Notes under the pieces: model-generated
The model's database searches: none
Told to the model about the DNA's origin: nothing
The model's input: the letters and a program-made list of their open reading frames with translations, nothing else
Shown here: piece by piece, positions 9,444-22,056 of the stretch
Layout of the letters: each line of letters opens with the position of its first letter
Position numbering within the stretch: position 1 is the stretch's first letter
DNA from: Nitrospinaceae bacterium
GTDB lineage: Bacteria > Nitrospinota > Nitrospinia > Nitrospinales > Nitrospinaceae
NCBI GenBank assembly: GCA_965237905.1
Contig: OZ250172.1
Location: 1,920,001 to 1,984,000 of the forward strand
DNA: 64,000 bases
Direction of reading: 5' to 3'
Position numbers and translations under genes: made by a program

Positions 9444-10739
9444 TCAAGCTATTCTTTGGGCAAAATGCAGGGTTTTATCCGCGTACCAGCGGTACGCTGT
9501 TTCGATTTGCGGGGTGTGCAGGTTGGGGGTGTCGTACCGGCCCGCTTCATCGAAGGGCACATACTGCATTTCCATCGAACGATAAAGCTGGTTGAGGTAA
9601 CCCTGAAAATCGGCGTACATCGGAATAAGTTTTTTCAGCTTGGGCATGGCCTGTTCTTTAAACCGCAACAACTCTCTGCCGAAGGGATGAATGGCCGCAA
9701 GCCCGTCACTGCCGTGCCGCTCCTCCGCACAATGCACCAGCGATTCGAAATCCTCCCAATCCTCCAGCGCGTCCACATCCGAAACAAACGCCGGGTCGTC
9801 GTTGAATTTGGCGAGAAACGGGGTATCCAGAAGAATCGAGGCCCCCTGGTTGAAATTCTTGAGATGGGCTCCGAATTTGAAATCGTCGTCCAGGCGGAAT
9901 TGTTTCAAATCTGAATCAAAGTGCCGGAAGTGTTTCGCCAGAACCGGTAACAGCATCAACATGCGGGCCGGCGAACGCAAGGCCTTGCTCAATCCCGCGT
10001 TGAGGATTTTTCCGTCCTTACGGGTTTGGTGCAGGAGTTCAATAATATCTTCCTCGATCGCTGACAAATTGATGGGGTAGACGTTAGGCTCTTTCACATC
10101 GTGAAGCTGTTTGGCCTTTTCAGCGATGACACGGTAATGGTAATTGCGTATTACGAATTCGCTGTCGGGGTTTTCCTTGAAATGCGGGAACATGGCTTGG
10201 CGTGAATTCACCCAGAGAATCAGGTTGTGATGTTTGAGGTCTGCATCCCGCAACACGTTTTCCAGGTCGTACATGAAAGGCAGGTCGCCCGGTTGGAACA
10301 ACACCAGTTCATTGGCGGCGAGGGAGAGTTGGTTGCGCCCGAGGATCATCGTGTTGATCAGCATCAGGTTGTCCGGGTCTTCGTGGACGAACATCACTTT
10401 TTTGCCGCGGGTGTCGATTACATCCAGAAAATGCTCCAGAATGATTTTCACTTCGGTCGAACCCACCACGACGATTTCTTTCAGGCTCGACATCAGCAGG
10501 TTGCCGAGGGCGTAGCACATGATGGGGATGCCCCGGACCAGAAACAGAAATTTGAGACGGTCGATTTCCTCCCCCGCGGCTCGCAGGATGAGGTGGCTCA
10601 CACCTTTTTTCTTCTGGGCAATTTCCCGCCGCGCTTTTTCCAGGGCGAATTTGTCCGCCAAGCTCCGGCTTTCGTAACAGTTGTGGCTGAAGCTGACGAT
10701 GCACTTATCGATTACTGGTTTGTTATTGACGCGGAACAT
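9444..10739 (-). CDS. Hypothetical protein with a divergent MobA/NTP-transferase-like fold
   Basis: ILRAAG, LKFLFLVRGIPI, EIVVVG, PGDLP and DVDALEDWE resemble nucleotidyltransferase motifs. Confidence 0.55.
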   Translation of the reverse strand: MFRVNNKPVIDKCIVSFSHNCYESRSLADKFALEKARREIAQKKKGVSHLILRAAGEEIDRLKFLFLVRGIPIMCYALGNLLMSSLKEIVVVGSTEVKIILEHFLDVIDTRGKKVMFVHEDPDNLMLINTMILGRNQLSLAANELVLFQPGDLPFMYDLENVLRDADLKHHNLILWVNSRQAMFPHFKENPDSEFVIRNYHYRVIAEKAKQLHDVKEPNVYPINLSAIEEDIIELLHQTRKDGKILNAGLSKALRSPARMLMLLPVLAKHFRHFDSDLKQFRLDDDFKFGAHLKNFNQGASILLDTPFLAKFNDDPAFVSDVDALEDWEDFESLVHCAEERHGSDGLAAIHPFGRELLRFKEQAMPKLKKLIPMYADFQGYLNQLYRSMEMQYVPFDEAGRYDTPNLHTPQIETAYRWYADKTLHFAQRIA

Positions 10740-11050
10740 GGCTTGTTTCGGGAACCCGCAAATGTGCCTCCTGAGCGAGGTCCGCCGAGATATCTCCCTG
10801 AGAAATTTTGAATCTTTTAAGTTATTGTAATTTAAAAACTAACCCCATTTCTACCAATTTTTGTTTGAAATCAAATAGTTAGTTAAACCTCATGCTACAG
10901 GGCCGCAGTGGCTCCTTTAAGCTTTCTTTCGAAAGGCGTTTAAATGCGGGTTTTCCAGCTCACCGGCCAACCTCCCAACTCTGCGAAATGACTTGATTTA
11001 TTGAGTTTATTATTCATACAATTAGTAAATACCCCTCATCAAGGTGCCGC

Positions 11051-12661
11051 ATGGGAGACCCAACCCATATTATAGAATTGATCGATCAAATGCTGGAGGA
11101 AACGGCGGATAGGCCGGACCTTCAGGAGAAAATATTCGATCTGCGCGACGCCCTTCTGCAGGCCCAGCAGTCTGCTCAACAGTATAATCTTAAAATCAAA
11201 ACGCTGGAAGAAACCATTCGCCAGCTCAAACTGCCGGCCCATCGCATCGGAACCATTCTCGGCAAGGGACAAGACGACTTGTACCGCCTGAATGTGGGCG
11301 GGACCGACTACCAGGCGGCCGTCTCTCCCGAGATTCTCGAAGACGGAGAATTGCAGGTAGGGGATCAAGTTGCGGTCAACGAAGGATTTGTCGCGATCGC
11401 CAAACTTCCCCGGCCCGAAAGAGGCCCGATATCCCGCATTGTGTCACGTTTGGACGATGGCCATTGGCTGGTCGGCGGCGGCGCCAACACTTCCGAATCC
11501 ATGGTGATTCCCTGCACCGAGTTGGAACAGGAAACCTTTAAGGAAGGGGATGAAGTCGTTCTCGATCCCACACAGAAGGTGATTATGAAGCGCCTCCCCA
11601 AACGCCAGTCCAAATCGCTGGTGGAGGACGATTACGTTCCGGTTACCTGGAAGCAGGTCGGGGGACAGGAGAAAGTAATCAAAGAAGTCCGCAAGGTCAT
11701 CGAGTACCCCATTCTACACGAAGAGATTCTTAATAAGATGGAATACCGCATGCCCAAGGGGTTCCTGTTTTACGGCCCGCCCGGTTGCGGCAAAACGCTG
11801 ATCGGCAAGGCGATCCTGTCCGACGTGGTTTCCCAGCTCAAGTCCAAGGATGAAGGCAGTAGGAATTTGGAAGGCCGGTTTATCCACGTCAAGGGTCCGG
11901 AAATTCTCAACATGTGGCTCGGTGAATCGGAACGCAAAGTCCGCGAAATTTTCAAACGGGCGCGCGAGTATAAAGAAAAGGGGAAACTCCCTTTCATCTT
12001 CATCGACGAAGCCGAATCCGTACTCGGTACGCGCCAGGCCATGCGTGGCAACAATATTTCCAATACCCTGGTCCCGATGTTCTGCGCGGAGATGGACGGC
12101 ATTCAGTCGGTGCGCGAAATGGTGGTGATCCTCGCAACCAACCGGCCCGATTTGATGGACCCCGCGATTTTAAGACCGGGACGCATCGACCGCAAAATTA
12201 AAGTGGGACGGCCCAGCCGTGAAGATTGCGAAGCCATTTTAAAAGTGTACCTCAAGCTGGAACTCCCGACCGAAGGCGACCTGATCAACCCGTTCCTTGA
12301 TCAACTGTTCAAGAGGACACCGGAGCAGGAAGCGCTGGTTTTGACACTCCGTAGCGGCGGGTTCAAAAAACTGTATTGGAAAGATTTCATTTCCGGCGCT
12401 ATTCTGGAGGGCATCGTTTTGCGTGCCAAGGAGCGCGCCATCGAGCGGGCCATTACCGGAGAAGAATTGCAGATCAAGAGTGACGACATGACGCAGGCTC
12501 TGCACAACGAGTTCACCGAGAACAGCGTTCTGCCGGCCGATTCCAATATGGAAGACTGGCTCCGGCTGCTCGACTTTGACCCGAAGAACGTGGCACGGGT
12601 ACGGCGGCCCAACGATTCCGATCAGGCCGCATCCGATACCCTTAGCCGGTCGATCATATGA
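11051..12661 (+). CDS. arc: Proteasome-associated AAA+ ATPase (ARC/Mpa)
   Basis: N-terminal coiled coil, GPPGCGKT, IFIDE, ATNRPDLMDPAILRPGRIDRKI, KDFISGA; operon context. Confidence 0.92.
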   Translation: MGDPTHIIELIDQMLEETADRPDLQEKIFDLRDALLQAQQSAQQYNLKIKTLEETIRQLKLPAHRIGTILGKGQDDLYRLNVGGTDYQAAVSPEILEDGELQVGDQVAVNEGFVAIAKLPRPERGPISRIVSRLDDGHWLVGGGANTSESMVIPCTELEQETFKEGDEVVLDPTQKVIMKRLPKRQSKSLVEDDYVPVTWKQVGGQEKVIKEVRKVIEYPILHEEILNKMEYRMPKGFLFYGPPGCGKTLIGKAILSDVVSQLKSKDEGSRNLEGRFIHVKGPEILNMWLGESERKVREIFKRAREYKEKGKLPFIFIDEAESVLGTRQAMRGNNISNTLVPMFCAEMDGIQSVREMVVILATNRPDLMDPAILRPGRIDRKIKVGRPSREDCEAILKVYLKLELPTEGDLINPFLDQLFKRTPEQEALVLTLRSGGFKKLYWKDFISGAILEGIVLRAKERAIERAITGEELQIKSDDMTQALHNEFTENSVLPADSNMEDWLRLLDFDPKNVARVRRPNDSDQAASDTLSRSII

Positions 12662-14148
12662 ACGAAATTGTACCTCTGCTGGGGATCGAAACGGAATACG
12701 GTATCATCCGGGAAGATCAAGGGGAATCTGACCCGGTCGAAGAGTCGATGCGCCTGCTGGCCCGCTGTGAAGCGAAAAGTGTTTTCAAGGCCTGGGCTTA
12801 TAACCGCGAGCGCACGCATCAGGATATGCGCGGGTTTCAGGTGTCCCGGCTGGCGCAGGATGAAGAGGAAGACGAATTTTGCGAACAGGACCGCCAGCGG
12901 CCCTATTCGTATTGGGAAATGAAAAGCGACCGGGTGCTGACCAACGGTGCGCGTTTTTACAACGATCACACGCACCCGGAATACAGCACCCCGGAATGCC
13001 GAACCGTGTTCGATCTGGTCGCACACGATCTGGCCGGCGAAACCATCGTCGGTGAATGTGTCCGCCTCCGCAACCAGGATTTGGGCGGCGACTATTTGCA
13101 GTTGTTTAAAAACAACACGGATTACAGCGGCCACAGTTACGGCACGCATGACAATTATCTGATTCCGCGCAAACTGCCGTTCGATGTCTGGGTCCAGCAT
13201 CTGGTCCCGTTTCTGGTGACGCGGCAATTGTACGCTGGGGCGGGAAAAGTCGGCGCGGAACGAAAAAACGAAGACGGGTTCACCGGTCTCCAGCTGGCGC
13301 AACGCGCCGATTTTATCGACTGCGTTCTCAGTATCGAAACCATGACCCAGCGGCCCATCATCAACACCCGCGATGAGCCGCATGCGACTCAGGATTACCG
13401 ACGTCTGCATTTGATATTGGGGGACGCCAACATGTCGCCCTACGCGACGGCGTTGAAGGTGGGGACTACCCGATTGGTGTTAACCTTGATCGGCGCCCAG
13501 AAAATGGACTCGCCGTTTGAATTGGCGGACCCGGTGGCGGACGTCCAGCGTGTGTCGCGGGATACTACCGGCAAGATTCCCCTGAAATTGCAATCGGGGA
13601 AAACTGTCACCCCGCTGGAAATCCAGGAATGGTATCTGGAGCAGGCGCTCAAGCAAACCGGTCTTTCCGGCGATACGGAAGAATGGGACTGGGTCACCCG
13701 CGAGTGGGGACGGACGTTGAACGACCTGAGGCATCACCGGGAAAACCTGGCCGACCGTATCGATTGGGCGATCAAAGAAAGCCTTTTCAAGGATTTTATG
13801 GAAGCGGAAGGCTTGCAATGGGAAGACCCGATTTTACAAAGTCTCGATTTGGAGTATCATAACCTTAACCCGGAACGTGGGCTGTATTACAGTTTGCGCG
13901 ACCAAGGCAGTGTGGCCGGGTTGATCGAGCAAAACAAAATCGACGCTGCCGTCCACCAGGCCCCGCAGGATACACGGGCCCGGATTCGAGGGCAGGCGGT
14001 CGAGCGGGAGCGTGACCATATTAAAAACATCCATTGGACGGGAATCGAATTCAACAATGGTGAGTATTTAGATCTGTCCGGACTCATCACTAAAGAAGAT
14101 GTCGTTCAGGTCCTGGATTCACACAAGGAGCAGTTTGCATGGAAATGA
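12658..14148 (+). CDS. dop: Dop-family deamidase/depupylase
   Basis: GIETEYG, LTNGARFYNDHTHPEYSTPEC, KNNTD, RPIINTRDEPHA, YRRLHLILGDAN. Confidence 0.9.
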   Translation: MNEIVPLLGIETEYGIIREDQGESDPVEESMRLLARCEAKSVFKAWAYNRERTHQDMRGFQVSRLAQDEEEDEFCEQDRQRPYSYWEMKSDRVLTNGARFYNDHTHPEYSTPECRTVFDLVAHDLAGETIVGECVRLRNQDLGGDYLQLFKNNTDYSGHSYGTHDNYLIPRKLPFDVWVQHLVPFLVTRQLYAGAGKVGAERKNEDGFTGLQLAQRADFIDCVLSIETMTQRPIINTRDEPHATQDYRRLHLILGDANMSPYATALKVGTTRLVLTLIGAQKMDSPFELADPVADVQRVSRDTTGKIPLKLQSGKTVTPLEIQEWYLEQALKQTGLSGDTEEWDWVTREWGRTLNDLRHHRENLADRIDWAIKESLFKDFMEAEGLQWEDPILQSLDLEYHNLNPERGLYYSLRDQGSVAGLIEQNKIDAAVHQAPQDTRARIRGQAVERERDHIKNIHWTGIEFNNGEYLDLSGLITKEDVVQVLDSHKEQFAWK

Positions 14149-14315
14149 ATGATCCCTTGCGGCGGGAAGAGAAGAAAGAGTCCACCCCGGACAGGAAGGA
14201 CAGTGGTCCTTCCAAACCCGATGTGAATCGGCCGGGGCGCGATGATCTTCTCAAGCGAATGAAAAAAGTCGACCCCAAGCAATCTGAAAAATACAAACAG
14301 CGAACGGGTCAATGA
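14139..14315 (+). CDS. ubact: UBact (Pup-like ubiquitin-analog tag), 58 aa, not in the supplied ORF track
   Basis: MEMNDPLRREEKKESTPDRKDSGPSKPDVNRPGRDDLLKRMKKVDPKQSEKYKQRTGQ; AAGGAG RBS at 14125-14130; overlaps the dop stop and prcB start (ATGA). Confidence 0.92.
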   Translation: MEMNDPLRREEKKESTPDRKDSGPSKPDVNRPGRDDLLKRMKKVDPKQSEKYKQRTGQ

Positions 14316-15112
14316 GCGATAAACCGGATAATTTTAATGGGCCGGGAGATTTTATCGATCTCCTGGAGCGGTCGGGTTATTCCTGGCCCAAAGCGATTGC
14401 AGGTTTGACCGCCATCGACAAGGCCAGTCTGCCCCAGGGCACCACCGTGCTGGCTTTTCATTTCAAGGATGGCGTGATCGTTGCCGGAGACCGCCGTGCC
14501 ACCGCGGGCAATGCCATTATGTACGAGCGGTGCGACAAGGTGATTCCCATCGACGACTATTCCCTGATGGCCATCGCCGGGGTTCCCGCCACGGCGTTCG
14601 AGATGGCCCGCGTCCTTTCGCACAACTTCGAATATTACCGCCGGTCGCAACTGCAACCCTTAAGCACCGAAGGCAAAATCCGCGCCCTGTCCAAACTTTT
14701 GAAGGACAACATGGGACTCGCCCTGCAGGGTGTCGGCGCGGTCAGCCCCCTCTTTGCGTCCTACGACAAAAAAGAAGATAAGCCCTATCTTTATTATTAC
14801 GATCTTCTGGGAGCGCAGTTTGAAATTCAGACCCACACCGCCACCGGTTCCGGGTCGCCGGTGATTCGCGGTATCCTCGAATACGAAGATCTCTGGGGAA
14901 CTCAAAAGCTGGTGCAAAGGGATATGAAGGGAGCCGCCAAACTGGCCATACGGCTTTTGCAAACTGCCGGGCAGTTCGACAGCGCCACCGGGCAGGCCCG
15001 TCCCGAAGACAAAATTTATCCGATTATTGCCAGCGTTACCGATCAAGGTTACCAATTCATGCCGGAAGAGGAACTGGCGGGACTGTTTCAGGAATCCACT
15101 AAAAGGAAATAA
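14312..15112 (+). CDS. prcB: 20S proteasome beta subunit
   Basis: 43-aa propeptide then QG|TTVLA, AGDRRATAG, GSGS, DSATG. Confidence 0.93.
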   Translation: MSDKPDNFNGPGDFIDLLERSGYSWPKAIAGLTAIDKASLPQGTTVLAFHFKDGVIVAGDRRATAGNAIMYERCDKVIPIDDYSLMAIAGVPATAFEMARVLSHNFEYYRRSQLQPLSTEGKIRALSKLLKDNMGLALQGVGAVSPLFASYDKKEDKPYLYYYDLLGAQFEIQTHTATGSGSPVIRGILEYEDLWGTQKLVQRDMKGAAKLAIRLLQTAGQFDSATGQARPEDKIYPIIASVTDQGYQFMPEEELAGLFQESTKRK

Positions 15113-15114
15113 CC

Positions 15115-15861
15115 ATGTTTGATGAACCGTTTCGCTGGATGGAGGCCATTTCCACCCGCCACAGTTACGTCCAGGAGAAACTGAAAAAAGGCCAGCCGGT
15201 GCTTGCGGTGCCTTATAAAGAAGGCTCGCTGGTGATGGGATTTACCGCCCAGCCCGGAAAAATTTTTGAAGTGTATGACCGCATCGCGCTGGGTAGTCTC
15301 GGACATCCTGCCGACGTCGAACGTCTGCGCATGACTCTCTTGGACATGGCGCACGTGGAAGGATTCAACCGGTCGGACAAAGATGTGACCATTGCCCGGC
15401 TCCTCCAGTTCGGCATCGCTCCCGCCATGAAACAGAACTTTGAAGAAGTGATGCGGGCGCCGTATCTGGTCAAACTGTTGTTCGCCGAAATCGATTTCGA
15501 TAACCGACCGTTATTCTTCCGGCTCAATTACGACGGGCACTGGGAGATGTTCAAAAAGGGAGCGGTGATTTCCGGCAACGATAAGGAATCGAAATGGATT
15601 CAAAAACAAATTGAGCAGACCGATTTTGCCTCGCTTTCGCTGAAGCAAGCATTGAAGGAAGCGTGCCGCCTGTGGGAAGAGGGCAAGAAGCAAGCTTCGC
15701 CCGAATCTGAAGACGCCGAGGAACAACCGATGACCCTGTCCGAGGCGTTCGACCGGTGGACACTGGAGGCAGCGGTGCTCTCCACCAAAACAGAGCGTAA
15801 GGCCTTGTACCGGGTGCTGACTCCGGATGAAATTGAACCCTTGAAAGCGGCGGCCAAATAA
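15115..15861 (+). CDS. prcA: 20S proteasome alpha subunit
   Basis: KIFEVYDRIA motif; lies directly after prcB. Confidence 0.88.
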   Translation: MFDEPFRWMEAISTRHSYVQEKLKKGQPVLAVPYKEGSLVMGFTAQPGKIFEVYDRIALGSLGHPADVERLRMTLLDMAHVEGFNRSDKDVTIARLLQFGIAPAMKQNFEEVMRAPYLVKLLFAEIDFDNRPLFFRLNYDGHWEMFKKGAVISGNDKESKWIQKQIEQTDFASLSLKQALKEACRLWEEGKKQASPESEDAEEQPMTLSEAFDRWTLEAAVLSTKTERKALYRVLTPDEIEPLKAAAK

Positions 15862-15863
15862 AT

Positions 15864-17321
15864 ATGAAACGCAGAATATACGGGATTGAAACGGAGTACG
15901 GCCTCTTGATCAAGGAGGATGATTTCAAATACGGTCCCATTGACGTCGCGGTTCGCATCAAAAATCATATCTTCGACCAGAAGCAGGGTGTGCTCGATTT
16001 GCATTACCGCGCCAACGACGAGCCGCCCGGCAACGGTGGATTCCTCGCCAACGGCGGCCGGATTTATCTCGACATGGGCCATCTCGAATACGCCTCGCCG
16101 GAATGTTCCAATCTGGTGGACCTGGTCACGTTCGACCGCGCCGGGGACAATATTGTGCAAAAAGCACTGGAGGAATTGGGTTGGGCGGACCAGGTGGCGT
16201 TTATTAAAAACAATGTCGATCTGGAAACCAACGCCACCTTCGGGTGCCATGAGAATTATCTGGTCAGCCGCGCGTTCCAGTTTGATAACCGCGAAAACCT
16301 GCGGCTTCTGGCGTCGTTTCTGGTAACCCGGCAGATTTATGCCGGCACCGGACGAACCGGTGCCTGCAACCCGCAACCGTTCCGCGATTGGGATGATGTT
16401 CACCAGACGCGTAAAGATACCGAAGAGGTCAATTTCCAGATATCCCAGCGTGCGGATCATATCCCCAACGAGTTTTACCGATGGGTGCAATACAACCGCG
16501 CCATCGTCAACACCCGCGACGAACCGTTGTCCGATCCCAGCAAGTACCGGCGCATTCATTTGTTGGTCGGTGATTCCAACATGAGTGATTTCGCCTGCGC
16601 CCTCAAGATGGGCACCACGTCCCTGATGATGGAGCTGATCGAGTTGGGAGTGGCGGACCCGGCATGGATTCTATCCGATTCCGTGAATGCCATGCGGGAT
16701 ATCTCCCGGGATCAGGAGTTCAAGTGGGAAATCACTCTGCGGGACGGTAACCAAAGCACCGCGCTGGAGTTGCAATGGGAAATGATGCAGGTTGGGAAAA
16801 AATACCTGGCGGGATCTTCGAGTGACGCTGATTGGGTGTTGGGAGCTTGGGAATCGGTGCTGACCGATATGCCCAAAGGACCGGAAGCGCTCATCGGACG
16901 GGTGGACTGGGCCAGCAAATACTGGATGCTCACCGAATTCATGAAGTCGGAAAATGTGGGATGGCAGGATCCCTGGATTAAAAGTCTCGACCTGGAGTTT
17001 CATAATCTCAATAAAGCGCACGGACTGTATTGGGGACTGGAAGAAAACGGAGACGCCCATCGCAAAACCTCCGATGAAGCCATCCTGTTCGCGCAGTCCA
17101 ACGCACCCAAGGGCACCCGCGCCGACGGTCGCGGCGAATTGGTAAAAACATTATTGGAATGCCAGACCGGTTATCTGATCGACTGGATCGGTTTCCGCCT
17201 GAATAAAGAAGAACCCTTCCTTATGCTGGACCCCTTCATTTCCTACAAAAAAGAAATTCAAGACTACCTGCGAAGTATGGATTTGCAGGACCCCTTCGGC
17301 GGTAAAAATTATTTTAGTTAA
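15864..17321 (+). CDS. pafA: PafA-family tag-protein ligase
   Basis: RRIYGIETEYG, FLANGGRIYLDMGHLEYASPEC, FGCHENY, NTRDEP, YRRIHLLVGDSNMS. Confidence 0.9.
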   Translation: MKRRIYGIETEYGLLIKEDDFKYGPIDVAVRIKNHIFDQKQGVLDLHYRANDEPPGNGGFLANGGRIYLDMGHLEYASPECSNLVDLVTFDRAGDNIVQKALEELGWADQVAFIKNNVDLETNATFGCHENYLVSRAFQFDNRENLRLLASFLVTRQIYAGTGRTGACNPQPFRDWDDVHQTRKDTEEVNFQISQRADHIPNEFYRWVQYNRAIVNTRDEPLSDPSKYRRIHLLVGDSNMSDFACALKMGTTSLMMELIELGVADPAWILSDSVNAMRDISRDQEFKWEITLRDGNQSTALELQWEMMQVGKKYLAGSSSDADWVLGAWESVLTDMPKGPEALIGRVDWASKYWMLTEFMKSENVGWQDPWIKSLDLEFHNLNKAHGLYWGLEENGDAHRKTSDEAILFAQSNAPKGTRADGRGELVKTLLECQTGYLIDWIGFRLNKEEPFLMLDPFISYKKEIQDYLRSMDLQDPFGGKNYFS

Positions 17322-17485
17322 AAACGGACTATCGGACTGATTGATTTTCCCCTTGCTACCAAACGGTTATCCGGTCCACAGGGTGTCGTTTCACGCAGTG
17401 GGTTTTTGGTTGGCTTCGTTGGGAGGCAGGAGTATATTAAAGCAAATGGGAGTGATTTTTTTATTCATCTTGTAAGGAGGGTGCT

Positions 17486-17833
17486 TTGGAGGACAATTGT
17501 CTGTTTTGCAAAATTGCCAGTGGAAAGATGGATTCCGAAACAGTTTATAATGATGGGAATTTGATAGCTATTAAAGACATCAATCCGCAGGCCCCAACGC
17601 ATCTGTTGATCATTCCTAAAAAGCATTTTGGAACTCTCATGGATATTGAGGATTCGGACAAGGAGCTGATGGGGTCCGTGTGTACCTTGGCCAAATTCCT
17701 GGCCCAGGAAAACGATCTGGAGGCATCCGGCTTCCGTTTGGTGCTCAATTGCGGGTCGGGCGCCGGGCAGTCGGTGTTTCATATTCATTTTCATCTGTTG
17801 GGCGGAAGGCCCATGAAGTGGCCTCCCGGTTAA
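17486..17833 (+). CDS. hinT: HIT-family nucleotide-binding protein
   Basis: CLFCKI, DINPQAPTH, GQSVFHIHFH triad; AAGGAGG RBS with TTG start. Confidence 0.9.
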   Translation: MEDNCLFCKIASGKMDSETVYNDGNLIAIKDINPQAPTHLLIIPKKHFGTLMDIEDSDKELMGSVCTLAKFLAQENDLEASGFRLVLNCGSGAGQSVFHIHFHLLGGRPMKWPPG

Positions 17834-17837
17834 TCGC

Positions 17838-18863
17838 ATGATCACAGTCGAACAATTATATGAAAAACTAAAACCGATTAAGGTCGGCAGTCCCCTGTGC
17901 GAATTTACGCTCGAGCATTGTCAGCGGATTTATCCCATCATCAGCCGCATCGAAGAACTCAAGCGGAAGAAGAACGCCATCATCCTGGCGCACAATTATG
18001 TCGCGCCGGAAATTTTGTATGGAGTCGCCGACCACACTGGAGATTCCTACGGCCTGGCCAAGATCGCCCGCGATTCCGATGCGGAAGTGATCGTCTTTCC
18101 CGCCGTGCGGTTCATGGCGGAAACCGCAAAAATTTTAAATCCCAATAAAACGGTCCTCGATCCCAATCCCGACGGCGGTTGTTCCCTGGCGGATGGTATT
18201 ACCGCCGCCGATGTCCGGCGCCTGCGGAAGGAATTTCCCGATCACACCTTTGTCTGCTATATCAACACCACCGCCGAAGTAAAGGCTTTGTGTGACGTGT
18301 GCGTGACGTCCTCCAATGTGTATCACATTGTGGAAACCATCGATAATGACAATATCTATTTTCTGCCCGACAAGTTGATGGCCATGAATGTGGTTCATTA
18401 TTTGCAGGATCGGGGAATCAAAAAAAATATTTCCTGGTACGACGGCACCTGTTATGTGCACGAGGAATACGCGCCCGACGCCATCGACTTTGTCCGCACC
18501 GGCAATCCGAATGTCGATGTGCTGGTGCATCCGGAATGCCATCCCGCAGTGGTCCAGAAGGCGGATTTCGTGGGGAGTACCACGAGTATGCTCAACCACG
18601 TTCGCGAATCCAGTGGCGATACGTTTTTCCTGCTTACGGAGTGCGGGCTGACCGGTATTTTACAATCCGAGTTTCCCGAAAAGCGGTTCGTGGGTTCCTG
18701 TACCATGTGCAAATACATGAAGTCCAATTCCCTGCAGGATGTTTTGCAAGCCTTGGAGAATCCGCGTCCGGATCAGATCATTGAGCTTTCCCCTGAAGTC
18801 CGGCAGAACGCGCTGCGTTGTGTCGAACGCATGTTCGAATACACGGAACAAATCTCTTCCTGA
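17838..18863 (+). CDS. nadA: Quinolinate synthase
   Basis: AHNY, GDSY, RFMAET, GCSLAD, CYVH, HPEC, CKYMK. Confidence 0.93.
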   Translation: MITVEQLYEKLKPIKVGSPLCEFTLEHCQRIYPIISRIEELKRKKNAIILAHNYVAPEILYGVADHTGDSYGLAKIARDSDAEVIVFPAVRFMAETAKILNPNKTVLDPNPDGGCSLADGITAADVRRLRKEFPDHTFVCYINTTAEVKALCDVCVTSSNVYHIVETIDNDNIYFLPDKLMAMNVVHYLQDRGIKKNISWYDGTCYVHEEYAPDAIDFVRTGNPNVDVLVHPECHPAVVQKADFVGSTTSMLNHVRESSGDTFFLLTECGLTGILQSEFPEKRFVGSCTMCKYMKSNSLQDVLQALENPRPDQIIELSPEVRQNALRCVERMFEYTEQISS

Positions 18864-18870
18864 ACGCCCT

Positions 18871-22056
<3,186 letters not shown>

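Noticed and set aside
14090..14312. Minus-strand 68-aa ORFs between dop and prcB
   Set aside because: They are shadows of the plus-strand UBact gene, which has an RBS, coupling overlaps and the RTGQ end.
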